A stretch of 64,000 bases of DNA from Parcubacteria bacterium C7867-004 (GCA_001189075.1 LFCN01000006.1:321746-385745), one strand, 5' to 3'. Counted from the stretch's first letter, positions 28,626 through 38,125 are shown. The notes: generated by a model from the sequence alone, not told the origin. Program-made: numbers and translations.

Positions 28626-28654
28626 AACGTACCACCTTCTTCATCTATTGTCAA
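28626..28654 (-). promoter_or_regulatory. sigma70-like promoter (TTGACA-17-TACGTT) with shared motif TTGACAATA..GGTGGTA
   Basis: Minus strand reads TTGACAATAGATGAAGAAGGTGGTACGTT about 68 nt upstream of the lipoprotein ATG. The same TTGACAATA-N8-GGTGGTA arrangement recurs at 29178-29206. Confidence 0.45.
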
Positions 28655-28760
28655 CACCCCTGTGGATATGTCGTAATGATGAAGACTGTCCATAAACGAC
28701 TAAAGGACTCACCAAATGGTAAGTCCCGTGAATGATCTGTATTTGAAACGAAAGAGCTTG

Positions 28761-28794
28761 TGCGGGAGATGATTGACGACCACCACCTCCCGCA
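28761..28794 (-). terminator. hairpin terminator downstream of the acidic-protein gene
   Basis: TGCGGGAG-(18-nt loop)-CTCCCGCA followed by a T-rich tract on the minus strand. Confidence 0.35.
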
Positions 28795-28810
28795 CGCGCT
28801 TGCTCAGAGC

Positions 28811-29128
28811 CTATTCCGGCCCGCCGCCGCCCGGCGTCTGCGCCTCGGCAGTGACCGCGTCATCGCCATCGCCGCCATTGACCGACTCGGCCGGCGGATC
28901 GGCTTCAGCGGCCGGCTCGGGCTCGACAGCAGCTTCCGTCGCCGCGACCTCGACGACATCGCTCGCGGCGCCGCCCTTGGTGGAGTCGAGCCCGGCCTCG
29001 CTGGCGTCGGTCGTGTTGTCGCCGCCGCCCGCGCCGGTCTCGACGACGTCGCCGCCCGAGTCTTCGCCCATGGTCATGGAGCAGACGCTGCTGAAGAGGT
29101 GCATCTTGTCGATCGCACGCTTGTCCAT
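28811..29128 (-). CDS. small acidic low-complexity protein (105 aa)
   Basis: Start MDKRAIDKMHLFSSV with AAGGA RBS. Rich in Gly/Asp/Glu/Thr/Ala (..GEDSGGDVVETGAGGGDNTTDASEAGLDST..EPEPAAEADPPAE..GGGGPE). Same island and promoter architecture as the lipoprotein gene. Confidence 0.4.
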   Translation of the reverse strand: MDKRAIDKMHLFSSVCSMTMGEDSGGDVVETGAGGGDNTTDASEAGLDSTKGGAASDVVEVAATEAAVEPEPAAEADPPAESVNGGDGDDAVTAEAQTPGGGGPE

Positions 29129-29177
29129 CGATCTTTGTCCTTGTGTTTGCCCCCAGTTAAGTCCGGGTCGCGAAAGC

Positions 29178-29206
29178 AAAATACCACCCGTATGTAGTAT
29201 TGTCAA
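29178..29206 (-). promoter_or_regulatory. sigma70-like promoter (TTGACA-17-TATTTT) with shared motif TTGACAATA..GGTGGTA
   Basis: Minus strand reads TTGACAATACTACATACGGGTGGTATTTT about 50 nt upstream of the ATG at 29128. Confidence 0.45.
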
Positions 29207-29280
29207 TTTGCGGCCGGCGGAAGGGAATTCGAACGCGTGCGCTCGCGACATGAAGCGCCCTTCATGGTAAAATTGAGGTA

Positions 29281-29925
29281 ATGGTCATCACCCACCACGG
29301 CGGGCAATGCTTCAAAGTTACGCTTGGCGACCTCACCCTCGTCTTCGATCCCGTTTCTAAAGGCGGTACTCTTCCTGCGGTCCGCTTCGGCGCGGACATC
29401 GCCCTTGTTACTCGCAATCATCCCGATATGAATGGCACCGACGAAGTGTCATTTGGCGGCAAGGAGCCGTTCATTATCCGCGGACCGGGAGAATATGAGC
29501 ACTCGGGTGTTACGGTCCAGGGATTTCTCACCAAGAGTCAGTACGGGTTGCCGAAGAGCCAGCTCGACGCGGTGAACACAGTCTATGCGGTTACGCTCGA
29601 GGGCATGACGCTGGTGCACCTCGGTGCGCTCTCCGACACTGTGCTTTCACACGAGGCGAGGGAAGCCATCGATGATATCGATATCCTTTTCGTACCGGTG
29701 GGAGGCGATGGCGTACTGTCTCCGGCAGAAGCGAGCAAGCTCGCGGTCACGCTCCAGCCGAAGGTCATCATCCCGATGCACTGGGAAGGCATGGGCGAAG
29801 CCAAAGCGCTCGACTCGTTCCTTAAAGAAGAAGGAAGCAAGGACGCCGAGAAGGTCGACAAGCTGACTATCAAGAAGAAGGATGTCGCCGACAAGGACGG
29901 TGCTATCATAGTCGTAACGGCATAA
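29281..29925 (+). CDS. MBL-fold metallo-hydrolase
   Basis: 214 aa. Degenerate HxHxDH-like segment VTRNHPDMNG plus downstream His/Asp ligand spacing (LVHLGALSD, IPMHWEG) consistent with a beta-lactamase-fold hydrolase. Confidence 0.5.
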   Translation: MVITHHGGQCFKVTLGDLTLVFDPVSKGGTLPAVRFGADIALVTRNHPDMNGTDEVSFGGKEPFIIRGPGEYEHSGVTVQGFLTKSQYGLPKSQLDAVNTVYAVTLEGMTLVHLGALSDTVLSHEAREAIDDIDILFVPVGGDGVLSPAEASKLAVTLQPKVIIPMHWEGMGEAKALDSFLKEEGSKDAEKVDKLTIKKKDVADKDGAIIVVTA

Positions 29926-29928
29926 CGT

Positions 29929-30294
29929 ATGGCTGACCTCACGTATCACATCGAGCGCCTCCGGGAGAAGCCGCATCATGTGCGTCACGGTATCGCGCTC
30001 GGCGTTGCAGCTGGCTTCACTGCGCTCGTTGCGGTCGTGTGGGCTACCGTACTTGTCTCGGGAGGCACACTCGCGCTCAAGACGAGCGAAGCGACGACGA
30101 ACGAAAACCCCGACGTTCAGGTGAAGCAGGCGATCACGGAAACCAAGTCCGCCTTCTCGAGTCTCATGGGCGCCGCCGGAGCGGCTATGGGCGCCACCTC
30201 AAGCGAAGCGGCGCTCTCCATCGTCACCAGCGCTCGGGAAGAGTCGACTATGAAATCTTCCGATAGCGCGGGGAAGACGGTGATCCCTTTTTAA
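29929..30294 (+). CDS. small membrane protein, function unknown
   Basis: 121 aa. One TM helix (IALGVAAGFTALVAVVWATVLV) followed by a Ser/Thr/Ala-rich tail. Tightly packed between neighbours. Confidence 0.4.
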   Translation: MADLTYHIERLREKPHHVRHGIALGVAAGFTALVAVVWATVLVSGGTLALKTSEATTNENPDVQVKQAITETKSAFSSLMGAAGAAMGATSSEAALSIVTSAREESTMKSSDSAGKTVIPF

Positions 30295-30297
30295 TGC

Positions 30298-32772
30298 ATG
30301 GCTAAGAAAGCAGACAACACGCCCGTACCCGCGGCAGAGCCGCGCGTAAGCATCATCGATCAGTCGATCACGACTGAGATGCGTACAAGCTATCTCGACT
30401 ACGCGATGTCGGTCATAACCTCGCGCGCGCTTCCAGATGTCCGTGATGGACTGAAGCCGGTGCATCGCCGAATCCTCTACGCGATGCGTATGACGGGCCT
30501 TACGCCGACCGCTAAGTTCAGAAAGAGCGCGACGGTGGTGGGAGAGGTGCTTGGTTCCTATCACCCGCACGGCGACGCGTCGGTGTACGACGCGATGGTA
30601 AAGCTCGCGCAGGATTTCAGTACTCGCTATCCGCTCGTGGCGGGACAGGGTAACTTCGGATCGATCGACGGGGACCCAGCCGCAGCCTACCGTTACACCG
30701 AGGCGAAGATGTCGCGCATCGCCGACGAGATGCTCCGTGACCTCGAGAAAGACACTATCGAATGGGCGCCAAACTTCGACGCGTCGAAACAAGAACCGAC
30801 CGCGCTTCCGGCAGCTGCTCCGAACCTGCTCCTTAATGGTGCGCTCGGTATCGCGGTGGGTATGGCAACCAACATCCCGCCGCATAACCTGCGCGAGGTG
30901 GTGGATGCGACGACGACGCTCATCGATAATCCTGACGCGACTACCGACGACCTGCTCGTGCACGTGAAGGGACCCGACTTCCCGTTGGGCGCCATCGCGT
31001 TCAACCAGACCGATATCAAGCACGCGTATACCACCGGCCGCGGGGGCGTTATCGTGCGCGGAGAAGCAGATATCGTCGAAGAGAAGAAGGGGACCAGCAT
31101 CATCATTACGTCGATTCCCTACCGCGTGAACAAGGCGGACCTCATCACTCGGATTGCTGATCTTGTCAGGGACAAGAAATTGGAGGGCATCAAGGACCTG
31201 CGCGATGAATCGACCTCCGATATCCGCATCAACGTAGAGCTGAAGAGTTCGGCATATCCGCAGTCCGTGCTCAATAACCTCTATAAGCACACCGAGCTCG
31301 AGAGCACCTTCCACTACAACATGCTCGCGCTCGTCGACGGCGTGCCGCAGACCCTTTCTCTTAAGGGTATGCTCGAAGCGTTCATTGGACACCGCAAGGA
31401 GGTAGTGAAGCGAAGAACGGAGTATGAGCTCCGTAAGGCGGAGGAGCGCGAGCATATCCTGCTTGGTCTCTCGAAGGCGCTCGACCACATCGAGGAGGTC
31501 ATCAAGATCATCCGCGCGTCCAAAGACGTGCCTACTGCTGATCTCGCACTCCGCAAGAAGTTCGCTTTCTCCGAGCGCCAGACTGCCGCAATCCTCGCGA
31601 TGCGCCTCCAGACGCTCGCCGGACTTGAGCGCAAGAAGATCGATGACGAGCTCAAGGAAGTACAGGCGCTCATCACTCGCCTCAAGAAGATCCTCTCAAG
31701 CGCGAAGAACATTCTTGCGGTGGTGCGAGAAGAGCTCGTCGAGCTCCGCGACAAGTACGGGGATGATCGTCGCACCAAGATCGTAAAGGGCGGCGTGAAG
31801 AATATTTCCATGGAAGACCTCGTTCCGGACGAGGAGTCGGTGCTCGTGCTTACCGCCGGCGGCTACGTGAAGCGGACCAATCCTGAGGAATATAAAATCC
31901 AGAAGCGCGGCGGCGTAGGCGTTATCGACATGTCCACTAAGGAAGAGGACGTGGTGACACATTTCCTTAAGGCGAGCGCACATTCCGACCTCCTCTTCTT
32001 CACTGATTACGGAAAGGCGTACCAGATGAAGATGTACGAGCTGCCGGAGGGCAAGCGCGCGACGAAAGGAAAGTCGATGATGAACTTCCTGCAGCTGGCT
32101 GCTGAGGAGAAGGTAACGAGCGTGCTTGCGGTGCCGAAGGGCTCCGCGCAGGAGGCGCTCTCCGTGTTCTTCGTCACGCAGGAGGGCGTGGTGAAGAAGG
32201 TGGCAGCCAAGTCATTCGCCGACGTTCGTCGTTCTGGCATCATCGCCATAGCGCTCAAAGGCGGCGACAAGCTCGTTTCGGCATCGCTTGCCGGAGACGG
32301 CGACAGCATTTCTATAGTAACGGCCAAGGGTCAGAGCATCCGGTTTGATGAGGCTGATACGCGCGCGATGGGACGCGTTGCAGCCGGCGTCCGCGGCATG
32401 AGCGTGAAGAAGGGCGACCGGATCGTATCGGCTGAGGTAGTACCCGCGATAGCAAAGGGTGCGGCGCTCCTTATCATCATGGAGAAGGGCTACGGCAAGA
32501 AGACTCCGCTTTCCGAATACAAGATCCAAGGACGAGGAGGCTCGGGCATCAAGACTGCGGACGTAACGGCTAAGACCGGCGACATCATCGGCGCGAAGGT
32601 GCTTATCGGCGGCGAGGATACGGCGGTAGAGGAGCTCGTGGTCATCTCAAAGAAGGGGCAGGTCATCCGCTGCACGACGGCTGAGATTCCTTCCCTCTCA
32701 CGCGCGACGCAGGGCGTCCGGGTCATGAAGATGCGCGAAGGGGATTCCATCGCTTCGATGGTCGCCCTCTAG
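30298..32772 (+). CDS. gyrA: DNA gyrase subunit A
   Basis: [18 protein letters not shown], active-site region AAMRYTE-like ([11 protein letters not shown]), and C-terminal beta-pinwheel repeats. 824 aa. Confidence 0.95.
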   Translation: MAKKADNTPVPAAEPRVSIIDQSITTEMRTSYLDYAMSVITSRALPDVRDGLKPVHRRILYAMRMTGLTPTAKFRKSATVVGEVLGSYHPHGDASVYDAMVKLAQDFSTRYPLVAGQGNFGSIDGDPAAAYRYTEAKMSRIADEMLRDLEKDTIEWAPNFDASKQEPTALPAAAPNLLLNGALGIAVGMATNIPPHNLREVVDATTTLIDNPDATTDDLLVHVKGPDFPLGAIAFNQTDIKHAYTTGRGGVIVRGEADIVEEKKGTSIIITSIPYRVNKADLITRIADLVRDKKLEGIKDLRDESTSDIRINVELKSSAYPQSVLNNLYKHTELESTFHYNMLALVDGVPQTLSLKGMLEAFIGHRKEVVKRRTEYELRKAEEREHILLGLSKALDHIEEVIKIIRASKDVPTADLALRKKFAFSERQTAAILAMRLQTLAGLERKKIDDELKEVQALITRLKKILSSAKNILAVVREELVELRDKYGDDRRTKIVKGGVKNISMEDLVPDEESVLVLTAGGYVKRTNPEEYKIQKRGGVGVIDMSTKEEDVVTHFLKASAHSDLLFFTDYGKAYQMKMYELPEGKRATKGKSMMNFLQLAAEEKVTSVLAVPKGSAQEALSVFFVTQEGVVKKVAAKSFADVRRSGIIAIALKGGDKLVSASLAGDGDSISIVTAKGQSIRFDEADTRAMGRVAAGVRGMSVKKGDRIVSAEVVPAIAKGAALLIIMEKGYGKKTPLSEYKIQGRGGSGIKTADVTAKTGDIIGAKVLIGGEDTAVEELVVISKKGQVIRCTTAEIPSLSRATQGVRVMKMREGDSIASMVAL

Positions 32773-32834
32773 AACTTCTCCGTGCTTGTTAGTTACGGCC
32801 CGCGCACTGCGCGGGCCGTGCTATTTTTAAGGTA

Positions 32835-33365
32835 ATGCATTTCAGCGATCCGAAGAGCAACGTCCTCCAGCTCGGACTGCGCGAGGGTATGAAGGTCGGG
32901 GACCTTGGTGCCGGGTCAGGGCACTATGCGCTCGTAGCGGCTGCGGTTGTGGGCGAAGCGGGTCGTGTGTACGCCGTCGATATCCAGGAGGACATATTGA
33001 AGCGCGTGGCGGATTCCGCTTCAGAGCAGGGACTTCGGAATATCGAGACCGTCTGGGGCAACTTCGAGAAGCTCGGTGGAACCACATTGAGGGACCACTC
33101 GCTTGATGCGGTTATCCTCTCGAACACGCTCTTCCAGCTTGAGCATAAGGAAGGCGCGATCGCTGAGATCAGGCGCGTACTTAAGCCTGGCGGGAGATTG
33201 CTCGTTGTCGATTGGGCGGGTGCGTACGGCGGCATGGGGCCTGCACCGCATCATGTGGTGTCCGAACATGTGGCCGAGGAACTGTTCATCACGGGCGGCT
33301 TTCATAAGGTGAAGGACTTCCGTGCTGGTCCGCACCATTATTCGATCGTCTTTACCGCGCCCTAG
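32835..33365 (+). CDS. class I SAM-dependent methyltransferase
   Basis: Motif I VGDLGAGSGHYAL and motif post-II LKPGGRLLVVDW. Confidence 0.7.
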   Translation: MHFSDPKSNVLQLGLREGMKVGDLGAGSGHYALVAAAVVGEAGRVYAVDIQEDILKRVADSASEQGLRNIETVWGNFEKLGGTTLRDHSLDAVILSNTLFQLEHKEGAIAEIRRVLKPGGRLLVVDWAGAYGGMGPAPHHVVSEHVAEELFITGGFHKVKDFRAGPHHYSIVFTAP

Positions 33366-33366
33366 C

Positions 33367-34674
33367 ATGAAGAACCTCAAGCCATTCCAGATCATCATCA
33401 TGGCCGTATTCGGCCTGATAGCTTTGCTCGGACTCTTCCTGTTCGCGAACTTCAAGGGATTCAGTAGCGGAGTGGCGCCGGTGGGTGAGGTTACCATCTG
33501 GGGAACGCTCCCTGCGGTGCCGATACAGGACGTCATCGGCTCACTCAAACAGACACATCCCGAATACGGGCAGGTGAGCTATGTCGAGATAAAGAAAGAG
33601 ACGTTCTCGGTAGATCTCGCGGAAGCTATTGCGTCTGGAAGCGGCCCTGATCTCCTTATCGTCTCGCAGGAGGAGCTGCTCGCGACCCAGAACAAGCTCT
33701 CGCTCATACCGTCCTCGAAGATCTCGGAACGGACCTTCCGCGACACCTATCTTCCTATCAATGAGCTGTATCTCGTGAATGGCGGCACGCTCGGCATCCC
33801 GTTCGTTGTTGATCCGCTCATGCTCTACTACAACCGCCCCGTCCTCTCGTCAGCAGGAGTCGCGACGCCGCCTTCGACCTGGGAAGCGGTAACGGGGCTT
33901 GCGTCAGCAGTGAACCGCGAGAGCCAGGGACGTACCCTTACGAGCAGTCTTATCGCGCTCGGTACCTACGCGAACATCGAGAACGCGCGCGGCATCATCT
34001 CGCTCTTGTTCCTCCAGTCGGGGTACACCATAACCGAGAAGAATAACGAGGGCATCAAGACTAATCTCACCAATCTTGGCACGGTGTCGACTTTCGGCAC
34101 GACGCCCGCTGAAAGCGCGCTCAACTTCTATACCGAGTTCGCGAATCCGGGGAAAACGGTCTACTCCTGGAACGCGTCGCTTCCGAATAGTCGCCAGGCA
34201 TTCCTCGCGGGCGATCTCGCGCTCTACCTCGGCTACGCTTCCGAGCGAGCGATTCTTTCAGAAGCGAACCCGAACCTGGACTTCGATATGGCAGCCGTAC
34301 CGGTGCAGGGAACTGCAACACTCCGCACCACGTATGGGCGCGCCTACGCGTTTACCATCCCGAAGTCGACGCCGAACTCGACCGGTGCCTACCGCATCGC
34401 GCTTGCCCTTACCGGTAAGGACTCCCTTCCGATGCTCGCGCATGCACTCGGCATGGCACCGGCACAGCGTCAGCTTCTTGCGCCGACCAAGGGCGACCTC
34501 TATGAGCCGGTGTACTTCCCGCAGGCGCTCGTAGCGAAAGGATGGCTGTCCCCATCGACTGCTACCACCGACCGCATCTTTGCTACGATGGTGGGGAACG
34601 TGATCAGCGGGAAGGAGAATGTGCGGGAGGCGCTTTATACGGCTGATCAGTCCCTTAATGCCGCATTAAAATAA
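33367..34674 (+). CDS. extracellular solute-binding protein (ABC transporter substrate-binding, family 1-like)
   Basis: N-terminal signal anchor followed by a ~400-aa periplasmic-binding-protein-like domain. Start chosen at MKNLKPFQIII. Confidence 0.5.
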   Translation: MKNLKPFQIIIMAVFGLIALLGLFLFANFKGFSSGVAPVGEVTIWGTLPAVPIQDVIGSLKQTHPEYGQVSYVEIKKETFSVDLAEAIASGSGPDLLIVSQEELLATQNKLSLIPSSKISERTFRDTYLPINELYLVNGGTLGIPFVVDPLMLYYNRPVLSSAGVATPPSTWEAVTGLASAVNRESQGRTLTSSLIALGTYANIENARGIISLLFLQSGYTITEKNNEGIKTNLTNLGTVSTFGTTPAESALNFYTEFANPGKTVYSWNASLPNSRQAFLAGDLALYLGYASERAILSEANPNLDFDMAAVPVQGTATLRTTYGRAYAFTIPKSTPNSTGAYRIALALTGKDSLPMLAHALGMAPAQRQLLAPTKGDLYEPVYFPQALVAKGWLSPSTATTDRIFATMVGNVISGKENVREALYTADQSLNAALK

Positions 34675-34679
34675 TTTAT

Positions 34680-35096
34680 ATGAGACGAATCCTCTCCTCA
34701 CTGCTACTCGCCTTTCTGTGCTTTGTGAGTATTGTTCCTGCAATTGCGCTCGCGCAGACGGGCGGACAGCCATCGGGAACGGCTCCTACTGGCGGCCAGC
34801 CGTCGGGAACCCCGCCTCCATCGAATGCGGGCTCTGGTCTTGTTAATCCACTCAACAATATCGACTCCCTGCCGGATTTCCTGAACGCGATACTTAATGC
34901 GGTTGTAGACATCGGCAGTATCATCCTGGTCCTCGCGCTGGTCTATACCGGCTTCTTGTTCGTTGCCGCACAGGGAAATCAGGAGAAACTGAGCAGTGCC
35001 CGGAACGCGCTTATATGGACCGTGGTCGGCGGACTCGTTTTGCTCGGCGCTAAGGCGATCGGTCTTGTCATCGAAGCAACCGTTAAGACCTTATGA
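34680..35096 (+). CDS. VirB2/TrbC-like pilin-family small membrane protein (paralog 1)
   Basis: Signal peptide, low-complexity GGQPSGT repeat, then two hydrophobic helices separated by a short polar loop (..LVLALVYTGFLFVAAQGNQEKLSSARNALIWTVVGGLVLL..). Confidence 0.5.
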   Translation: MRRILSSLLLAFLCFVSIVPAIALAQTGGQPSGTAPTGGQPSGTPPPSNAGSGLVNPLNNIDSLPDFLNAILNAVVDIGSIILVLALVYTGFLFVAAQGNQEKLSSARNALIWTVVGGLVLLGAKAIGLVIEATVKTL

Positions 35097-35404
35097 TCAA
35101 GTTCTCTCGGATAGCGTTGCTTGCGGGAACGTTAGTTCTCCTTCCTGAAGTAGCAAGTGCAGCGGAGACTTTTAAGAGTCTTACTGCGAAGATAGTTACC
35201 CTTGTGAACACTGCGGTTGTTCCTCTTATCTACGCCATAGCCATAGTTATCTTCCTCATAGGCATGCTCAGGTTCTTCTTTCTCGGTGGGGAGGAAGGCC
35301 GTGAGAAAGGGAAACAGTTCATGCTCTGGGGCATCATCGCGCTTGTGGTGATGTTCTCGGTCTGGGGCATAGTCAGGCTTCTGCTCACTGCTCTTCCGGG
35401 GTAG
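35093..35404 (+). CDS. VirB2/TrbC-like pilin-family small membrane protein (paralog 2)
   Basis: Signal peptide plus PLIYAIAIVIFLIGMLRFFFLGGEEGREKGKQFMLWGIIALVVMFSVWG. ATGA start/stop overlap with paralog 1. Confidence 0.55.
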   Translation: MIKFSRIALLAGTLVLLPEVASAAETFKSLTAKIVTLVNTAVVPLIYAIAIVIFLIGMLRFFFLGGEEGREKGKQFMLWGIIALVVMFSVWGIVRLLLTALPG

Positions 35405-35453
35405 GTGCATAACATTCCGTCAAACTCATTCCGCCTGCTACCTTTATACATAT

Positions 35454-35867
35454 ATGAAAACATCACGATTTCTGGTTTCCGCGAGTGCGCTCGCTCTCGC
35501 GCTTAGTGCTCCGATTATAGCGTTCGCGCAGAGCGGCAAGATAGGAGGCTCGAGGCTCGATACGTTCCTTCCGAGTATCGTCGATTTCATAAACTCGATA
35601 CTCATACCGTTCATCTTCGCAATCGCTTTCATCGTATTCATCTGGGGTATCTTCCAGTATTTCATCGCGGGTGGCGCGAATGAGGAACAGCGCGACAAGG
35701 GGAAGCAGCTGGCGGTCTGGGGCATCATCGCATTCTTCGTAATGATCTCCGTCTGGGGCATGATCAACTTGTTGGTCGATACCTTCGGTTTCGGTGGACA
35801 GAATGCGCCGAAGCTTCCGACTTTCAAGCCAGCCGCGATGCTCTCAGTGCCGCTTGATGCTGCGTAG
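35454..35867 (+). CDS. VirB2/TrbC-like pilin-family small membrane protein (paralog 3)
   Basis: Signal peptide plus IPFIFAIAFIVFIWGIFQYFIAGGANEEQRDKGKQLAVWGIIAFFVMISVWG. Confidence 0.55.
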   Translation: MKTSRFLVSASALALALSAPIIAFAQSGKIGGSRLDTFLPSIVDFINSILIPFIFAIAFIVFIWGIFQYFIAGGANEEQRDKGKQLAVWGIIAFFVMISVWGMINLLVDTFGFGGQNAPKLPTFKPAAMLSVPLDAA

Positions 35868-35961
35868 CGTTTTCCCCACGCGTCCTCAGGCTCTATTGAC
35901 GTTCACTCATTCCAGTCTATCCTTAGCTTTAGTAGCGAATCGTTACCACTAACCACCCATC

Positions 35962-36327
35962 ATGAAGAAACTCGGATATCTCGTTCTCGCGTTCGTTCTC
36001 TCGTTCCCGGTCTCGGCATTCGCCCAGATTAATGCGACCAATGCTCAGACGTTCAGCAACGGCGCAATCAACCTCATCAACAACGTATTTATCCCGCTCG
36101 TCTTCGCAATCGCTTTCATCGTATTCATCTGGGGAGTATTCCAGTACTTCATCGCTGGCGGACACGACGAGGAGAAGCGCGAGACCGGAAAGAGCCTCAT
36201 GCTCTGGGGCATCATTGGATTCTTCATTATGGTCTCCGTCTGGGGCCTCGTGAACATCCTCCGCGGAACCATTCAGGTTAACAACAGCGTTCCGGACTAC
36301 GCTCCGAACCTCCCAACAAACCAGTAG
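35962..36327 (+). CDS. VirB2/TrbC-like pilin-family small membrane protein (paralog 4)
   Basis: Signal peptide plus IPLVFAIAFIVFIWGVFQYFIAGGHDEEKRETGKSLMLWGIIGFFIMVSVWG. Shares a 34-nt identical stretch with paralog 3. Confidence 0.55.
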   Translation: MKKLGYLVLAFVLSFPVSAFAQINATNAQTFSNGAINLINNVFIPLVFAIAFIVFIWGVFQYFIAGGHDEEKRETGKSLMLWGIIGFFIMVSVWGLVNILRGTIQVNNSVPDYAPNLPTNQ

Positions 36328-36393
36328 GAACTATCCGAGTTTCTCCACTCACGAAGGCCGCGCGCAAGCGCGGCCTTCTGCTATCATTACCGC

Positions 36394-36636
36394 ATGGAAT
36401 ATAAGGAGTTTGTAACTAAAGTGCAGGACGCGATTCTCACACCCATCATCACGCTCCTCGCGCTCGCGGCATTCGTGCTCTTCATCTGGGGAGTCGTGCA
36501 GATGCTCGCGTCCGCAGAAGACCAGGAGAAGCGCCGTACGGGTCAGCAGCACATGATCTGGGGCATCATTGGACTGGTTATCATCTTCGGTACCAACGCG
36601 ATTATCTCGCTCATACGAGCGACGGTGGGTGGGTAG
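36394..36636 (+). CDS. VirB2/TrbC-like pilin-family small membrane protein (paralog 5, no signal peptide)
   Basis: 80 aa. LLALAAFVLFIWGVVQMLASAEDQEKRRTGQQHMIWGIIGLVIIFG. Confidence 0.5.
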   Translation: MEYKEFVTKVQDAILTPIITLLALAAFVLFIWGVVQMLASAEDQEKRRTGQQHMIWGIIGLVIIFGTNAIISLIRATVGG

Positions 36637-36695
36637 TAGATAAAGAAAAGAGCCGTTCCCAAAGGAAACGGCTCCACACACAAAGGACAGGGTTC

Positions 36696-37226
36696 TTACC
36701 CGAGACTCGCGTACTTGACCGGGACTTCTTCGTCCGGCTGGCGCAGGCGATACTCGTACTTCATCCGGATCGGAGTGCCCGTACTGGACTGCACCGCGAC
36801 GCCGAAGTTGTACTTGCAGATCTGGGGATCCCAGGGGATCTTCTTGCCCCCTCCGATCTCGCAGAACCTCCGGTAGGTGATCTCGGTGTCACCCTTGCAG
36901 ATGTTGCCGGGACCGACCTCGCAGAAGACCAAATCGTAGCCCTGCTCGGTCGGGACGTAGGCTGACGTGGTATCTCCAGCCGGAGCCAGGATATCTTGCC
37001 AGCCCCGCGCGAGAGGCGCCTGAGGCCGAATGGCCGCCACGCTCGGGAGCGAATAGCGAGCCTTCTGCAGCTCGGCCATGGTGGCTTTCGACTTCTGCTT
37101 CGAGTCGTGCTCGACGAACATCATCTTGAACTTCGGGATGCCGAAGGCCAGGGTGAGGAGGATGCCGATGGTAACGAGAAGCCTGCCGCGTTTCTTGGTC
37201 GGGGTCGATGTGGTAGTGCTCATCAC
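36696..37226 (-). CDS. membrane-anchored Cys-rich secreted protein, function unknown
   Basis: 176 aa. N-terminal TM anchor, then a domain with several Cys (FCEVGPGNICKGD..FCEIGGGKKIPWDPQICKYNFG). Confidence 0.45.
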   Translation of the reverse strand: MMSTTTSTPTKKRGRLLVTIGILLTLAFGIPKFKMMFVEHDSKQKSKATMAELQKARYSLPSVAAIRPQAPLARGWQDILAPAGDTTSAYVPTEQGYDLVFCEVGPGNICKGDTEITYRRFCEIGGGKKIPWDPQICKYNFGVAVQSSTGTPIRMKYEYRLRQPDEEVPVKYASLG

Positions 37227-38125
37227 GAACCTCCTTTCTTAGCGCCGAATACTTCGACGATGCCTTGCTTGATCGTATCGGCGATGCCTTGCGCACCCTC
37301 GAGACGGATAATATGACGGGTTGCGGTTGCTTTGCCGCGCTCCGTCTGCATGGTCTCCAGGGCCAGCTCAGGCTTCACGCCTTTTGCGCCCAAGTCGTCA
37401 ATCCATGCGATCACCCCCTTGCGTTCCACGCCTTCTGAGACGAGTTGCGCTTCCTCGATCCGCTTGTGAGCGGCCGCCGCGGGAATTTCCGGCGGCGGAA
37501 GGATTTCAGGGATCTCCACCTTGATGACCTCATACCCCAGAAGGGCAGAGGAATCTCCCATCGCGGTCTTGATATCGGCCGCGAGGGTGCTCCACGTTGC
37601 CGGCCTTTCAAGCACCTCAGATTCCTTGCCGGCAATGCCGTCGCGGAACCGGCTTTCGCCGATCTTCATGAGGGACGTGAGTGGGGCGTCAGCGCTGAGA
37701 TTGGTGTGCGGATCAATGACCTTCAGCGTGGCGAAGAAGGAGCCCGTCATCTCGACGTTGTCCGTGGACAACGCTTTGACGTTCTCCGGTGCAGTGGTCT
37801 TGATGCGAACATCCACCGGGTCGAAGCTCATCAGGAAGGGAATCAGCCAGTGATGACCTTCTGACAGCACGAAGCCGGCAATCCGCTCGCCCAGGAATTT
37901 GGGAACTCCGACGAAGCCAACCGCGATTGCGGAGTGCTGTCTGCCGGATTGGAAGATTGCGCCGCCGGCGAGTAGAGTCGGCAGGATGCCGAGGAACCAC
38001 CAGTCCGAGGACAAGCCGGTAATCATCAGCACGATGATCGTGATGACGACACCAGTAATGAGCCCCAGAAAGGCAGATATAATCGCGCCGAAGGCGTTTG
38101 TCGTCAGAGTGTTAACCTTGCGCAT
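37223..38125 (-). CDS. SPFH/band-7 domain membrane protein (stomatin/HflC-like)
   Basis: Two N-terminal TM helices followed by a ~200-aa domain with SPFH-like composition and a C-terminal coiled-coil-like tail. Assignment is by architecture. Confidence 0.45.
   Translation of the reverse strand: MRKVNTLTTNAFGAIISAFLGLITGVVITIIVLMITGLSSDWWFLGILPTLLAGGAIFQSGRQHSAIAVGFVGVPKFLGERIAGFVLSEGHHWLIPFLMSFDPVDVRIKTTAPENVKALSTDNVEMTGSFFATLKVIDPHTNLSADAPLTSLMKIGESRFRDGIAGKESEVLERPATWSTLAADIKTAMGDSSALLGYEVIKVEIPEILPPPEIPAAAAHKRIEEAQLVSEGVERKGVIAWIDDLGAKGVKPELALETMQTERGKATATRHIIRLEGAQGIADTIKQGIVEVFGAKKGGS

Noticed and set aside
28103-28693. 196-aa minus-strand ORF extremely rich in Arg/His/Pro/Asp
   Set aside because: This is a compositional artefact of the ~70% GC island, in which all frames stay open. 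The overlapping frame with a lipoprotein signal peptide, RBS and promoter is preferred.
28127-29270. Plus-strand Pro/Ser/Ala-rich ORFs (28127..28609, 28760..29197, 28773..29270) across the GC-rich island
   Set aside because: These are antisense to the two minus-strand genes that have TTGACA-17-TAnnnT promoters, RBSs and terminators. They lack start-site signals.
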